64,000 nt of DNA, taken from NCBI GenBank assembly GCA_035473115.1, contig DATION010000004.1, positions 33,126-97,125 of the forward strand, written 5' to 3'. A model generated the notes under the pieces. The model was not told where the DNA came from, did not search any database, and saw nothing but the letters and a program-made list of their open reading frames with translations. The translations under genes were made by a program, and so were the position numbers. How positions within the stretch are numbered: the first letter of the stretch is position 1; each line of letters starts with the position of its first letter. Shown one piece after another: positions 28,931-38,796 of this stretch. This stretch comes from Candidatus Udaeobacter sp. (GTDB taxonomy: Bacteria > Patescibacteriota > Patescibacteriia > Magasanikbacterales > GWA2-37-8).

Positions 28931-30247
28931 TTAAATGCCGAATCTGTGCTCCGCAAAATCCCGCAGTTTGAAATAAAATTTTCGCGGTCTGTTTAAGTAA
29001 TTAATAAGACATTCCCATATAGATAATTTGCCAAATTCCTGTTTCAATCGTTTTTTATATTCGTCTTTATAAGCTAATATCTCCGCCTCTGACGGATAAT
29101 ATTCAACCTTACTATAACGCTCTCTAGCTGAAGGGTCAACTGCCTGATTTTTTTGTGCGAGTGTCTCTACGATTAATTTTTCCAATTGCTGTGCCAACTT
29201 TGTCGGATTATATACATTCTCAATTTTGGCGCGCGCGGCTTCTCCCATCTGTATTCTGATATCTTGATTTTTATACAGATACTCCACAGCTCGAGCAAAT
29301 GTTTGCGGATGGTTGGCAATAATGCCTGTTTTCATATGATCAATTAGTTCCAACTGATTATTATCTTTTTTCGGTGTGGAACTCACAATCACCGGTTTTC
29401 GAAAAGCTCCGGCTTCGGCCAAAGTCATGCCAAATGATTCACCAATCTTGGAAGCATGGGTATAGACATCTATAGTCTTATAAAAAAGAGCTACTTCGCG
29501 ATCATGGAGTGTTTTTGACAATAAAATAAAATAGTTTTTATATTTACTTTTTAAAACTCGTCTTTTTCTGGAATCGGGCATTTCCTGAACAATAAACTTT
29601 ATATTTGGCACCAGTTTTACCAGATACGGCATCATATCTAACAATAAATCACTCCATTTTTCTATAGCCGGCCGACCTAACTTACCAATCACAAAATCGC
29701 TATCTTTAATTCTTAATTTATTTTTGAAATCTTTTATTTCTGATTCGGTTATATTTATTTTATCCCAGCTCTGGAAATCAACCGGATGATAAAGTATTTT
29801 TACTTTGGCGAAATTAAACTGGCCGCCTTCTTTTAGATATCTTTCGTTGAGCATCATTTTACTAACCTGCAGACTGCAATCAATAAAAGGATAACTTTTA
29901 GCGTCATATCTGCCAAAAAAATTATTTTCCAAAATAACCATGCTTGGATTGATGGTTCTGGCTCGACTAAATATTTCAAACTGAAGTTGAGTATAGCCGC
30001 CGCCCCGAATCATAAATATGGCGTCTATTTGCCATTTTTTTATGGCTTGAGCAATAATTTCAATATCTCCGTTAGCCACCGCATACTCTATGCCAATATC
30101 GGACAAGTCTTTTTCTTTGCCGCCGATGCCATCGTGAGCCAGAACCTTTATATCAAAAAAATCCCTATTTATATTTTTACAAAAACCAACCAATATTCTA
30201 TTGGTCACATCTATCGAGTGGACAATTATCAATAAATTAGTTTTCAT
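28931..30247 (-). CDS. GT4 glycosyltransferase
   Basis: GKLGR, GESFGMTLAEA. Confidence 0.82.
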   Translation of the reverse strand: MKTNLLIIVHSIDVTNRILVGFCKNINRDFFDIKVLAHDGIGGKEKDLSDIGIEYAVANGDIEIIAQAIKKWQIDAIFMIRGGGYTQLQFEIFSRARTINPSMVILENNFFGRYDAKSYPFIDCSLQVSKMMLNERYLKEGGQFNFAKVKILYHPVDFQSWDKINITESEIKDFKNKLRIKDSDFVIGKLGRPAIEKWSDLLLDMMPYLVKLVPNIKFIVQEMPDSRKRRVLKSKYKNYFILLSKTLHDREVALFYKTIDVYTHASKIGESFGMTLAEAGAFRKPVIVSSTPKKDNNQLELIDHMKTGIIANHPQTFARAVEYLYKNQDIRIQMGEAARAKIENVYNPTKLAQQLEKLIVETLAQKNQAVDPSARERYSKVEYYPSEAEILAYKDEYKKRLKQEFGKLSIWECLINYLNRPRKFYFKLRDFAEHRFGI

Positions 30248-30996
30248 AAATTTTTTAACCTGCTTATCACTAATAAAGCAAAATTTATTAAAGACCTAGT
30301 CATTGATAGCTTAAAATTGCCGCCATTAAATACTTCCGGAACCGGTTCTGATATTGTTCGGCCCAAAAAAAAGTAGGTTTTAATTCTTTTGCCAGCTCTA
30401 CTCCCGCCCGAACTATAATCAGAGCTATCTTTGGCAGAGCGCAACAAATGAGTTAAATGCCAAAATCTGTTTTGCAGTGTGTATATATTTTTTGTTTTAA
30501 AAAAATCCTCACCCGCTTTGGTGCAAAGCTTGTCCTGGTTATAATCTCCTTTCCAAACAGCGTCACCTACCTTGGCAAAACGAGCGGTAACATAGCTTTC
30601 TTTATAATGCCTGTGATAAATATCGCCAACGCACTCGTAAAAACCGGTCTTTATCCCATCAAAACTTCCTTTTTCAATAATTTCTTTTACTTCTTCCATA
30701 GCCCGTTTTGTCCACACCTCATCTCCATCCAAAATCATGAACCAGTCTGTTTTTGTTCTATCTACCATTTCTTGGTGCAACTGAGTATGCCTTATTTTAT
30801 CGCACTCCCCTTTTTCTTCAAAAATTATTTTATTTGGATATTCTTTTATTAGACCCTGCACTATATTTACAGTTTTATCAGTCGAACCAGTATCAAATAC
30901 CAAAACTGTATCAACAAAATCTATAACCGATTTAATGGCATAGCCAACAAAATTTTCTTCGTTCTTGATAATGCAATGGGCCGTAATGGTTGGCAT
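30244..30996 (-). CDS. GT2 glycosyltransferase
   Basis: KNEE, DTGSTDKT, ILDGDE. Confidence 0.82.
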   Translation of the reverse strand: MPTITAHCIIKNEENFVGYAIKSVIDFVDTVLVFDTGSTDKTVNIVQGLIKEYPNKIIFEEKGECDKIRHTQLHQEMVDRTKTDWFMILDGDEVWTKRAMEEVKEIIEKGSFDGIKTGFYECVGDIYHRHYKESYVTARFAKVGDAVWKGDYNQDKLCTKAGEDFFKTKNIYTLQNRFWHLTHLLRSAKDSSDYSSGGSRAGKRIKTYFFLGRTISEPVPEVFNGGNFKLSMTRSLINFALLVISRLKNL

Positions 30997-31011
30997 ATCT
31001 TTTAAAGTAAA

Positions 31012-32313
31012 CTAAACAATCACCAAATCTCTTTTTTTAAATAAATAAAGCGCGCAGACAATATTGAAACACAGAGAAAATATAACCCCTAAAGCAAAAG
31101 TATAAGCCGAACCCATAACTCCAAAACGCGGAACAAACAAGACATTACCGATAATATTAATCAATAATCCCAGTAAAGCGGAAACAAAAACTAATCTGGT
31201 CTGATTAAAAATCGTAATAATTATAGAAAATGGAGTTGATAATATATTGAGCGCCAGACTAGAGGCTAAAATTAGATAGACCGGCATTGAAGAAATATAT
31301 TTTTGGCCAAAAAATAAAGGGATTAAAAATTTAGATGGCACAATCAAAATTATAGTAGCAGCAAAAGCAACGCTTACCCATTTTAAAGTCCGGATAAAAA
31401 AACTTATTAGCTCTTTCTTGTCGGTAAAAGCGCTTAACTTAGGAGTTAGAACTGCGCCAATTGAGTTATAGACCAAAGGAAAAAACTGAATAGGCAGATA
31501 AGCTGCACTATAGACAGCTACGCTTTCTAAGCCCAGAAAATGGCTGATAACTACACTATCTACTCGCGTAGCAAAGATAGACATTACTGAAGAAATGGAT
31601 AACCAAAAACTAAACTTGGCCAATTGTGAATGCAGACTGTTTTTGACAGCCGGATCAACTTCCACTTTTCGAAAATTTTCCGGAAAAACTTTATAATTGC
31701 TAATAAATAAAATCCAGGGCACAAAAATATAAACTGATAAATAGGCAAATAAATTACGCACGCCCAGTACAGCCAAAATAATAACAATCACCAAACGCAA
31801 AAATCCTTTGAGCGACTGAACGGAAGCTTGATAAAAAAATCTTTGTTTCGATTGTAAAAAAGTAGTTAAAAAACCTAGCAAAACCACGCCGCCAATTCCC
31901 AAAAAAGAATACATCAGATATGGATAAATTTTAGCCTGCCCAAATATATATTTTGCCCCGGGATAAGATAACGCTATTCCACCTATGGTAAGTATCCAGG
32001 TGAGCCAAACTCGCCAACTCCAGATTGTTTTTACTAACTGCTTAAGCTTATCGGTTTGGTTGGTAGAAATATAATAGGGAGCAAATCTTAATAATCCGCT
32101 ATTTAAACCAAAGTCGGACACTTCGGCCACAGTACTTAGAGCCAAAACAGACAAAGAAAAAATAGCAAAAAAATCCACGCTCAACACTCTGGCCAAAATA
32201 ATATTTAGAGTAAACAACGAAGCTCCGTTTACCAGCGAGCCAAAAAAAACATAACTCGTTTGCTGCAAAGCTCTTTTTTGCAAAATTAATTTTATTCTTT
32301 CTATAATTGACAT
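31012..32313 (-). CDS. Wzx-type oligosaccharide flippase
   Basis: About 12 TM, ARVL..FAIFS, DFGL, GVMGSA; start MSIIER. Confidence 0.85.
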   Translation of the reverse strand: MSIIERIKLILQKRALQQTSYVFFGSLVNGASLFTLNIILARVLSVDFFAIFSLSVLALSTVAEVSDFGLNSGLLRFAPYYISTNQTDKLKQLVKTIWSWRVWLTWILTIGGIALSYPGAKYIFGQAKIYPYLMYSFLGIGGVVLLGFLTTFLQSKQRFFYQASVQSLKGFLRLVIVIILAVLGVRNLFAYLSVYIFVPWILFISNYKVFPENFRKVEVDPAVKNSLHSQLAKFSFWLSISSVMSIFATRVDSVVISHFLGLESVAVYSAAYLPIQFFPLVYNSIGAVLTPKLSAFTDKKELISFFIRTLKWVSVAFAATIILIVPSKFLIPLFFGQKYISSMPVYLILASSLALNILSTPFSIIITIFNQTRLVFVSALLGLLINIIGNVLFVPRFGVMGSAYTFALGVIFSLCFNIVCALYLFKKRDLVIV

Positions 32314-32314
32314 A

Positions 32315-33124
32315 CTATTCTTTAACCGCTTGACCACTGGTAGCATCAGCTCCCATTAGCCCTATTTTTTCGGCTTGCACTATATATTTTTTAGGTATAT
32401 ATCTAGCCAAAATATGCTCTATCGGATAACCCAAAAGCAATAACGGCAAACCTTTAATCAAAACAAAATACCAGATAGGCAGCATCTGCTTCCCCAAACT
32501 ATACAACCTGGTGGAAACATAATCTGGCCTGATATAAAAAAGCCTGAATAAATTATTGCGCCAAGAATCAAGATTAAAATTCTCATCCAAAACATACCGG
32601 CCGCATATTTTAATAAATACATCCGCATCTGATTTAATATATTTTTTGGCATGCAAAAGCATCACCGCTTCGCTTAGACTTTTAAATTTACTGTCACTGG
32701 CTTTGCGGACAAGAAATTTATCTCCTAAATATACATACTGATCAACTTTATTTTCCAAATCAAGCGGCAAATTTTTCTGCAGACCAACTTCTAACAAAAT
32801 AATCTTGGCGCCCGGAGCTTTGGCTCTGATTGATTCTATTGTTTTGATAGTTTGAGCAGCTCTTTCTTCCGGAGTATAAACCGAACTTTTACTGGTATAA
32901 TTTAAATCTCTTTGTTTAATATAAATTACCGAAGTAACAATAAAACAAAAATTTTGCGGGGTTTGGTTGCTAATTTTTAAATTATAAAATTTAAAATAAC
33001 TGATCACAGACACAACCGCTTGAAACGGCCAGATGAATAAAAGACGATAAATCTGCCTAATTAAAAAAATAAGCGGTTGGTCTAAAAGTTGCTGATTAAT
33101 TTTTCCGATTTTATCTTCCGGCAT
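32315..33124 (-). CDS. Hypothetical protein, possible uncharacterised glycosyltransferase
   Basis: Co-oriented and tightly packed in the glycan operon; FIVTSVI, ER..QT..TIESIR, KICGRY segments. Confidence 0.55.
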   Translation of the reverse strand: MPEDKIGKINQQLLDQPLIFLIRQIYRLLFIWPFQAVVSVISYFKFYNLKISNQTPQNFCFIVTSVIYIKQRDLNYTSKSSVYTPEERAAQTIKTIESIRAKAPGAKIILLEVGLQKNLPLDLENKVDQYVYLGDKFLVRKASDSKFKSLSEAVMLLHAKKYIKSDADVFIKICGRYVLDENFNLDSWRNNLFRLFYIRPDYVSTRLYSLGKQMLPIWYFVLIKGLPLLLLGYPIEHILARYIPKKYIVQAEKIGLMGADATSGQAVKE

Positions 33125-33126
33125 AT

Positions 33127-34611
33127 TTATTCCAGCTTAAAATCCATTTTCCTTAATTTATAAAAAATATACAGCGGGTATGCCCAAACTAGCATCACAA
33201 ATAGCTGCTCAAACCATAACTCACCCACAGCATCGGTACCGCGAACATACCAATTGAAAAGCCATAGCGGATAAAAAACTAACGGTGATAAACTAAGCCA
33301 CACTAAAGCTCGGCCTAACAAAATATTGCGAGAACGTTCGTACACCAAAATTCCCAATGGAATTAACCAAGCCACATACCATGGCCAAAAAGATTTTTGC
33401 CAAAGAGATAAATATAGAAATAAGCCAAAAAATATCATCTGCAGATAACTTTCTGCAGTCATAGTATATTTTTTTAGCAGTATTAAAACTATTTTTTTTA
33501 GATATGGCCAAAATAAATAAATCATTAGTGCCAGCAAACCTCCTTGGACCAAACGGGTCAAAAACCAATGCGCCCTATCATGGAGCAACCAAACAAACAG
33601 CGGTTTTAGAGAATAATAAATAACAGCAAACACGCTGTCCGCCGCCCATTTTGACTGCATAGCAATCAGATCAAATACTTTGAATCCCTGCCACAAGCCA
33701 TGCCAATAAAATATAGTTATTGCAATACTAAGCAAACTGCCAACCAAAGCCTGGCTTAACTGTTTTTTCCAAGTAAGAACTGTAGTTTCTTGCCACCACC
33801 AAACCACAAAAAATGGCGCTACTAAAATAGGCAAAAACTTCACCCAAACACCAATTACCAGCAAAGGAATAACTAACCACCATTTACTGCGCCAGGCCGC
33901 CCAAATAGCCAAAAGTACGCACAGAAGCCAGGCAACATCAAAATGACCATTAACTAAAACTTCAAACAGTAATAATGGCTGCAGAATCCAAAAAGATAAA
34001 AATACCGAACGAGAAATTTTTATTTCTTGAATCTCCAGCAAACGATACACAACCCAGCCAACTAAAATTAAAATTGCGGTTAAAAATAATTTCCACAGCA
34101 CAATAAAAACCGCCGGATTATCAAAACTAATTTTATATAAATCTTTAAAAATAACAGCCATGATCGGCCCATAAGAAAACCCTACCACCGGTTCAACTCT
34201 AACCGGACTGACAAAATCACGCTTAAATATCCATTCGTCCACAAAAGGGTTCAAATTATTTTGCATGGCTTTGCCGGCAGAAAAATAATAGCTGGTATCA
34301 CTTGAGCCGAACGGAACTGTAATAATCGCCAAAAAAACAGAAATTCCGGCCAGTACCAGCCAAGATTTTTTTAATAATTCTGCTTGATGATTTTTCCATA
34401 AAAAATAACCGGAAACAATCAGACTAGCAATAAAAATAAATATCAAGCCAAATGATACTAACTTCAAGTTACCACTAAGCGGCGTGTGACAAAAAATCCA
34501 ACTGCTCATAAAAGCGCAGTTGATTTTAAAATAAGCAGAATAAAGCGCTGCTGAAAAAATTGCTACCAGCAGCCAACCGACTAAACCTGCATAGGATAAA
34601 AATTTGTTCAT
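33127..34611 (-). CDS. GT-C membrane glycosyltransferase (GT87/MptA-like)
   Basis: SSD..Y, YGP, QPLLLFE...GHFD, VK, WPWY; many TMs. Confidence 0.72.
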   Translation of the reverse strand: MNKFLSYAGLVGWLLVAIFSAALYSAYFKINCAFMSSWIFCHTPLSGNLKLVSFGLIFIFIASLIVSGYFLWKNHQAELLKKSWLVLAGISVFLAIITVPFGSSDTSYYFSAGKAMQNNLNPFVDEWIFKRDFVSPVRVEPVVGFSYGPIMAVIFKDLYKISFDNPAVFIVLWKLFLTAILILVGWVVYRLLEIQEIKISRSVFLSFWILQPLLLFEVLVNGHFDVAWLLCVLLAIWAAWRSKWWLVIPLLVIGVWVKFLPILVAPFFVVWWWQETTVLTWKKQLSQALVGSLLSIAITIFYWHGLWQGFKVFDLIAMQSKWAADSVFAVIYYSLKPLFVWLLHDRAHWFLTRLVQGGLLALMIYLFWPYLKKIVLILLKKYTMTAESYLQMIFFGLFLYLSLWQKSFWPWYVAWLIPLGILVYERSRNILLGRALVWLSLSPLVFYPLWLFNWYVRGTDAVGELWFEQLFVMLVWAYPLYIFYKLRKMDFKLE

Positions 34612-35916
34612 TTATTTGTATTGACCTAAAAATTCTTCAAAGCAAGCAACCATATATTCCATCATTTCTTTAGTCAAACCAGGATAAACACCAACCCAGA
34701 AGGTATTATTCATTACCAAATCGGCATTTTTAAGATCGCCAACCACTCGATAATCAATTTTATTATCTACAAAGTAAGGCTGCTTAATAATATTGCCGGC
34801 AAACAAATAACGAGTCGCTATCTGTTTGTCTTGCAAAAAACGCACCACCGTATCGCGATCAAACGGCGCGTCTTCTTGAACCGTCAACAGAAAACCAAAC
34901 CAGCTTGGCTCGGCATTATCCAGCCATTTTGGCAAAATAAAATAATCTTCAAACTTTTTTAAGCCATTATATAAAATATCAAAATTCTCTCGGCGTTTGG
35001 CCACAAAACTATCTAATTTATCCAACTGAGCCACGCCTAATGCAGCTTGAACATCGGTAGTTTTTAAATTATAGCCAATTTCCGAATAAATATATTTGTG
35101 ATCATAACCATATGGCAAATTTCCTAGCTGCCAACCAAAGCGCATACCGCAAGTATTATCACAACCGGATTTACACCAGCAATCTCGGCCCCAATCACGG
35201 AAAGAACGGATTATTTTTGCCAACATGCCGTCGTTGGTGAAAACAATTCCACCTTCACCTAAAGTAATATGGTGCGCCGGATAAAAACTGCAGGTAGCAA
35301 TATGGCCAAATGTGCCAGTATGCTTGCCATTATAAATTGAGCCCAAAGCATCACAGTTGTCTTCGATTAGCCACAGATTATGCTCTTTACAAATTGCGGC
35401 AATAGCCTCTAAATCAAATGGATTACCCAAAGTATGAGCCAAAAATATGGCTCTAGTTTTTGGAGAAATAGCTTGTTTAATCTGCTCAACATTGGCATTA
35501 TAATAACCCAAGTCAACATCCACAAAAACCGGTACCAATTTATTTTGAATAATCGGATTAACTGTGGTTGGAAAACTGGTCGCCACTGTAATTACTTCAT
35601 CGCCCGGATTTAATTTCTTGGCGCCTAATTTAGAAGAAGTAAGGGCTGTCATCGCCAGCAAATTGGCAGACGAACCCGAATTTACCAAAATCCCCTGTTT
35701 TACTCCCAGCCAATAAGCTAATTTGCTTTCAAATTCTTCAGTAAAATGACCTTCAGTCCACCAACCTTCCAAAACTGCATCTACCATACTGAGCATCTCT
35801 TTTTCATCAAAAACTTTTCCAGATACTGGCACAGATGACTGGCCGGGAACAAATGATTTTGCTGGAAATTTTTTGCTATATTCGGCTTGAATTTGCTGGC
35901 GCAAGGAGTCTTCCAT
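34612..35916 (-). CDS. rfbH: CDP-4-keto-6-deoxyglucose 3-dehydrase (E1)
   Basis: EDNCDALG, SFYPAHHIT (His in place of PLP Lys), Fe-S motif GRDCWC..GCDNTCG, YDHKY; start MEDSLR. Confidence 0.93.
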   Translation of the reverse strand: MEDSLRQQIQAEYSKKFPAKSFVPGQSSVPVSGKVFDEKEMLSMVDAVLEGWWTEGHFTEEFESKLAYWLGVKQGILVNSGSSANLLAMTALTSSKLGAKKLNPGDEVITVATSFPTTVNPIIQNKLVPVFVDVDLGYYNANVEQIKQAISPKTRAIFLAHTLGNPFDLEAIAAICKEHNLWLIEDNCDALGSIYNGKHTGTFGHIATCSFYPAHHITLGEGGIVFTNDGMLAKIIRSFRDWGRDCWCKSGCDNTCGMRFGWQLGNLPYGYDHKYIYSEIGYNLKTTDVQAALGVAQLDKLDSFVAKRRENFDILYNGLKKFEDYFILPKWLDNAEPSWFGFLLTVQEDAPFDRDTVVRFLQDKQIATRYLFAGNIIKQPYFVDNKIDYRVVGDLKNADLVMNNTFWVGVYPGLTKEMMEYMVACFEEFLGQYK

Positions 35917-36117
35917 ACTTGATAATAAATGAAAATAATTAACTTTTACATTTACCATTTTACCAATTATTTTTTAAAAAAGCAACCTTTTATGTATAGT
36001 GAAAACCCCTATAAAATACAACACGCCCCGCCATTCTCATCCACGTTGGACTTGACAGCGGAGCGTTCTGACTCCTTGTTGAGACCCCATTTTCCATCAG
36101 GGGTAGAGCGCTATCTT

Positions 36118-36714
36118 TCAGCGCCAGGTGGAGAGCAAGGCCTTGTAGGCCTTGGGGATGATCAGGTCGCGGTGGAGATCCACCGTGACCTCGGGCAGGT
36201 GGTCCACGGGGAACCAGCCATGCCGATCGTCGACCCGCGGATCACTCTTGAGAGCGATCAGGAAGATCATGGAGTGCACCGTACCGCGGGCCTCCGACGT
36301 GATCTCCTTGCCGACCAGAGTGAATCCGGAGATCTCGGCTCCGAACTCCTTTCCGAGTCTGTTGGCGACATGCTGGTCCTGCTCGCCATGGCGGTAGAGC
36401 GAACCAGGCGCATGCCACTCGCCCGGATAGGCGGTATCATCTGGGGCTCGCCGCCGCAGATAGACCTCTGCAGTGCCACTCTTGCCCTTGCGGAAGAGCA
36501 TGGCCTCGAAGGCCGACGTGGGCCAAAGCCTCATCGTTGAGTCGCAAAACTTCGTTCCCACCGGCCTGGTGTTGTCGATCCGATCCATCTGACCAGCGAT
36601 CATCTCCCTGAAACCATCGCTGTTGGGATCCATCCGACCGAGCAAACCAGCGACCAGCGCCTTGAACTGATCGCTCTGGGGATTGAGATTCTCTGGGACT
36701 ACCAATCCGTTCAT
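36118..36714 (-). CDS. Nudix hydrolase, GDP-mannose mannosyl hydrolase (Gmm)-like variant; GC-rich
   Basis: YPGEWHAPGSLYRHGEQDQHVANRL..EFG degenerate Nudix box with RL; GGGAGG RBS. Confidence 0.65.
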   Translation of the reverse strand: MNGLVVPENLNPQSDQFKALVAGLLGRMDPNSDGFREMIAGQMDRIDNTRPVGTKFCDSTMRLWPTSAFEAMLFRKGKSGTAEVYLRRRAPDDTAYPGEWHAPGSLYRHGEQDQHVANRLGKEFGAEISGFTLVGKEITSEARGTVHSMIFLIALKSDPRVDDRHGWFPVDHLPEVTVDLHRDLIIPKAYKALLSTWR

Positions 36715-36744
36715 TTTTCACCCTCCCGTTAATTGTTCTGGTTC

Positions 36745-36830
36745 GCTTCTCGACTCTTACTGGGAGTCAAAGAAGACATATTAAATTATCATAAATTAAC
36801 AAAAAAGTCAAGGTTTCCCCTGACTTTTTC
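36745..36830 (-). promoter_or_regulatory. Terminator hairpin overlapping a -35, promoter and 5' leader hairpin (copy 2)
   Basis: AAAAAGTCA..TGACTTTTT hairpin containing TTGACT, 17 bp, TAATTT, then ATGTCTT-initiated hairpin. Confidence 0.62.
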
Positions 36831-36858
36831 GCTAATGATACGAATTATTATTTTAACT

Positions 36859-37797
36859 CTAAAAATTCACTCTTTCTTTTTCAATTACTAGCGGCCGCTC
36901 GCGCACCTGGGTATAAATTGCGCCAATATATTCGCCCAAAATACCGATAAAAAATAACTGGATAGAAGAAAATAAAAATATGCCGATAGTTACCGGTGCC
37001 AGTCCGGCTTCAAACCTATCCCAAAAAAGAAGTTTGTAAACTAAATAAACTATTCCGACTATAAAACTAATAACCGACATACCAAAACCAATAAAGCTGG
37101 CCAGACGCAAAGGAATCTTGGAATGGTTCACAAACCCCAACATGGCCAAATCATAAAGGGAATAAAAATTATTACTGGTCTTGCCCCTTTTTCTGGCCGG
37201 CTGCACATAACTAATCTCGGCCCGATTAAAACCGACTTCGGTAATTAGGCCGCGGAAATATGGATACGGGTCTTTCAACGTTCGCAATACAGCAATAAAC
37301 TTTTGATCATATAGTCCAAAACCGGTAAAATTTTTAATCTGTTCAATATCTGATAATTTTTTCATCAGATCGTAATAAACTTTGCGAATCGCAAACATTA
37401 AAGGATTTTCTTCACTCTGATTTTTTACTCCCACCACAATCGATTTTCCCTCTTCCCATTTTTGCAAAAATTCTTTGATCATTACTGGCGGATCCTGCAA
37501 ATCCGACGCCATCAGTATCACCGCGTCGCCATAGGCTTGCTGCAGGGCATAATATGGCGAACGAATATGGCCAAAATTTTTAATGTTAACGATAATTTTT
37601 ACATTGTAGTCGGCTGCGGCTAGTTTTTTTAAAATTTCCACCGTATTATCTTGCGAAGCATTATCAATAAAAATATGTTCATAACGATACTGCGGCAAGT
37701 CAGCAAAAACTGCCTTTACTTGTTTATAAAGTTCTTCCACGTTTAATTCTTCGTTATAGCAAGGAGTAACAACGCTGATTAGTTTTTTATCTGACAT
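36859..37797 (-). CDS. GtrB/ArnC-like polyprenol-phosphate glycosyltransferase (GT2, 2 C-terminal TMs)
   Basis: PCYNEE, DNASQD, KNFG, ASDLQDPP, GILGEYIG; start MSDKK. Confidence 0.88.
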   Translation of the reverse strand: MSDKKLISVVTPCYNEELNVEELYKQVKAVFADLPQYRYEHIFIDNASQDNTVEILKKLAAADYNVKIIVNIKNFGHIRSPYYALQQAYGDAVILMASDLQDPPVMIKEFLQKWEEGKSIVVGVKNQSEENPLMFAIRKVYYDLMKKLSDIEQIKNFTGFGLYDQKFIAVLRTLKDPYPYFRGLITEVGFNRAEISYVQPARKRGKTSNNFYSLYDLAMLGFVNHSKIPLRLASFIGFGMSVISFIVGIVYLVYKLLFWDRFEAGLAPVTIGIFLFSSIQLFFIGILGEYIGAIYTQVRERPLVIEKERVNF

Positions 37798-37810
37798 ATA
37801 AATTTTAGTT

Positions 37811-37909
37811 GTCATCTCGAGCGTAGTCGAGAGATCCCTTATACTTGGTTATAGCAAATATTACGTTTAAGGGATTCCTCCACTCGCCTTAAGGCTCGGT
37901 CGGAATGAC
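37811..37909. repeat. GTCAT...ATGAC palindromic (RPE/REP-like) element
   Basis: GTCAT-CTCGA-GCGTAG-TCGAG-AGATCCCTTA...TAAGGGATT...GCC-TTAA-GGC...GGAATGAC nested inverted repeats. Confidence 0.7.
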
Positions 37910-37916
37910 GGTTTAG

Positions 37917-38795
37917 TTATTCTTCAATTAAATTCTTCTGATCTAAACTTGGCAAAACTTGCTTATAGTATGTTACTAATTTATCAATAGCTATGTCAAT
38001 TGACGTATAGGCAAAACCAGGAATTATATTCTGTAAGCGAGAGATATCGCAAGAATATTCTTTGGCCAAACCGCTATTAGCAATTAAAACCGGTACTTTA
38101 TAACCAATTTTTTCTAAAACCTTATCAGCTATAGTTTGCAGATCAATTGCTTCTCCCCGACCAATATTAATAAAAATTTCTTTTGGCTGCTGTAAAATAA
38201 TTTTTTCTAAAATTTGCACAAAATCATCTATAAACAGATAATCAAAATTTACATTCTGCCGCATCGTAATCGGTTTATGAAGCAAGGCCCGGCAAATAGC
38301 GTTGGAAATAAATCTAATTTCATAGTCTTCGTACTTACCAAAAACGGCAAACAACCGCAGATGGGTAATATAATCTACTTTGGCCGCATATTGGGCGCAA
38401 ACATATTTATACAATCCATATTCATCTTTGGGAACATGCTTATCAAAATCAGTTTCTTTCACATTTACTAACGACTCTTGTTTATCATATTCCGCTCCGG
38501 AACCAAGTGTAATCATCCGTTTAAAAAATGGTTTGGCGCGAACCAAATTAAAAAACATTTTTAAATTAATATGAGTAATACCAAAAACATGCTGCTGTTT
38601 GCGCGTACCGCCGATATTGGCTGCGTGCACCACAACATCTACGGGATTTTTCTGCAAAAAATTATATACCGCTTCACTGTCGGTCAAATCTAATTCAGAA
38701 TGGGTCGGTGCAATAATCTCAAACTTGTCTCCAAGCTGTTCTTTTATGTTGCGGCCGATAAATCCGTTACCGCCGGTTAAAAATATCTTAAGCAT
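37917..38795 (-). CDS. NAD-dependent reductase/epimerase (YerF-like candidate)
   Basis: TGGNGFIG, GSGAEY, YGLYK; directly downstream of ThDP enzyme. Confidence 0.78.
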   Translation of the reverse strand: MLKIFLTGGNGFIGRNIKEQLGDKFEIIAPTHSELDLTDSEAVYNFLQKNPVDVVVHAANIGGTRKQQHVFGITHINLKMFFNLVRAKPFFKRMITLGSGAEYDKQESLVNVKETDFDKHVPKDEYGLYKYVCAQYAAKVDYITHLRLFAVFGKYEDYEIRFISNAICRALLHKPITMRQNVNFDYLFIDDFVQILEKIILQQPKEIFINIGRGEAIDLQTIADKVLEKIGYKVPVLIANSGLAKEYSCDISRLQNIIPGFAYTSIDIAIDKLVTYYKQVLPSLDQKNLIEE

Positions 38796-38796
38796 A

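Noticed and set aside
35929-36540. 203-aa plus-strand ORF overlapping the Nudix gene
   Set aside because: Antisense shadow of a GC-rich gene; the minus ORF has the RBS, promoter and a recognisable motif
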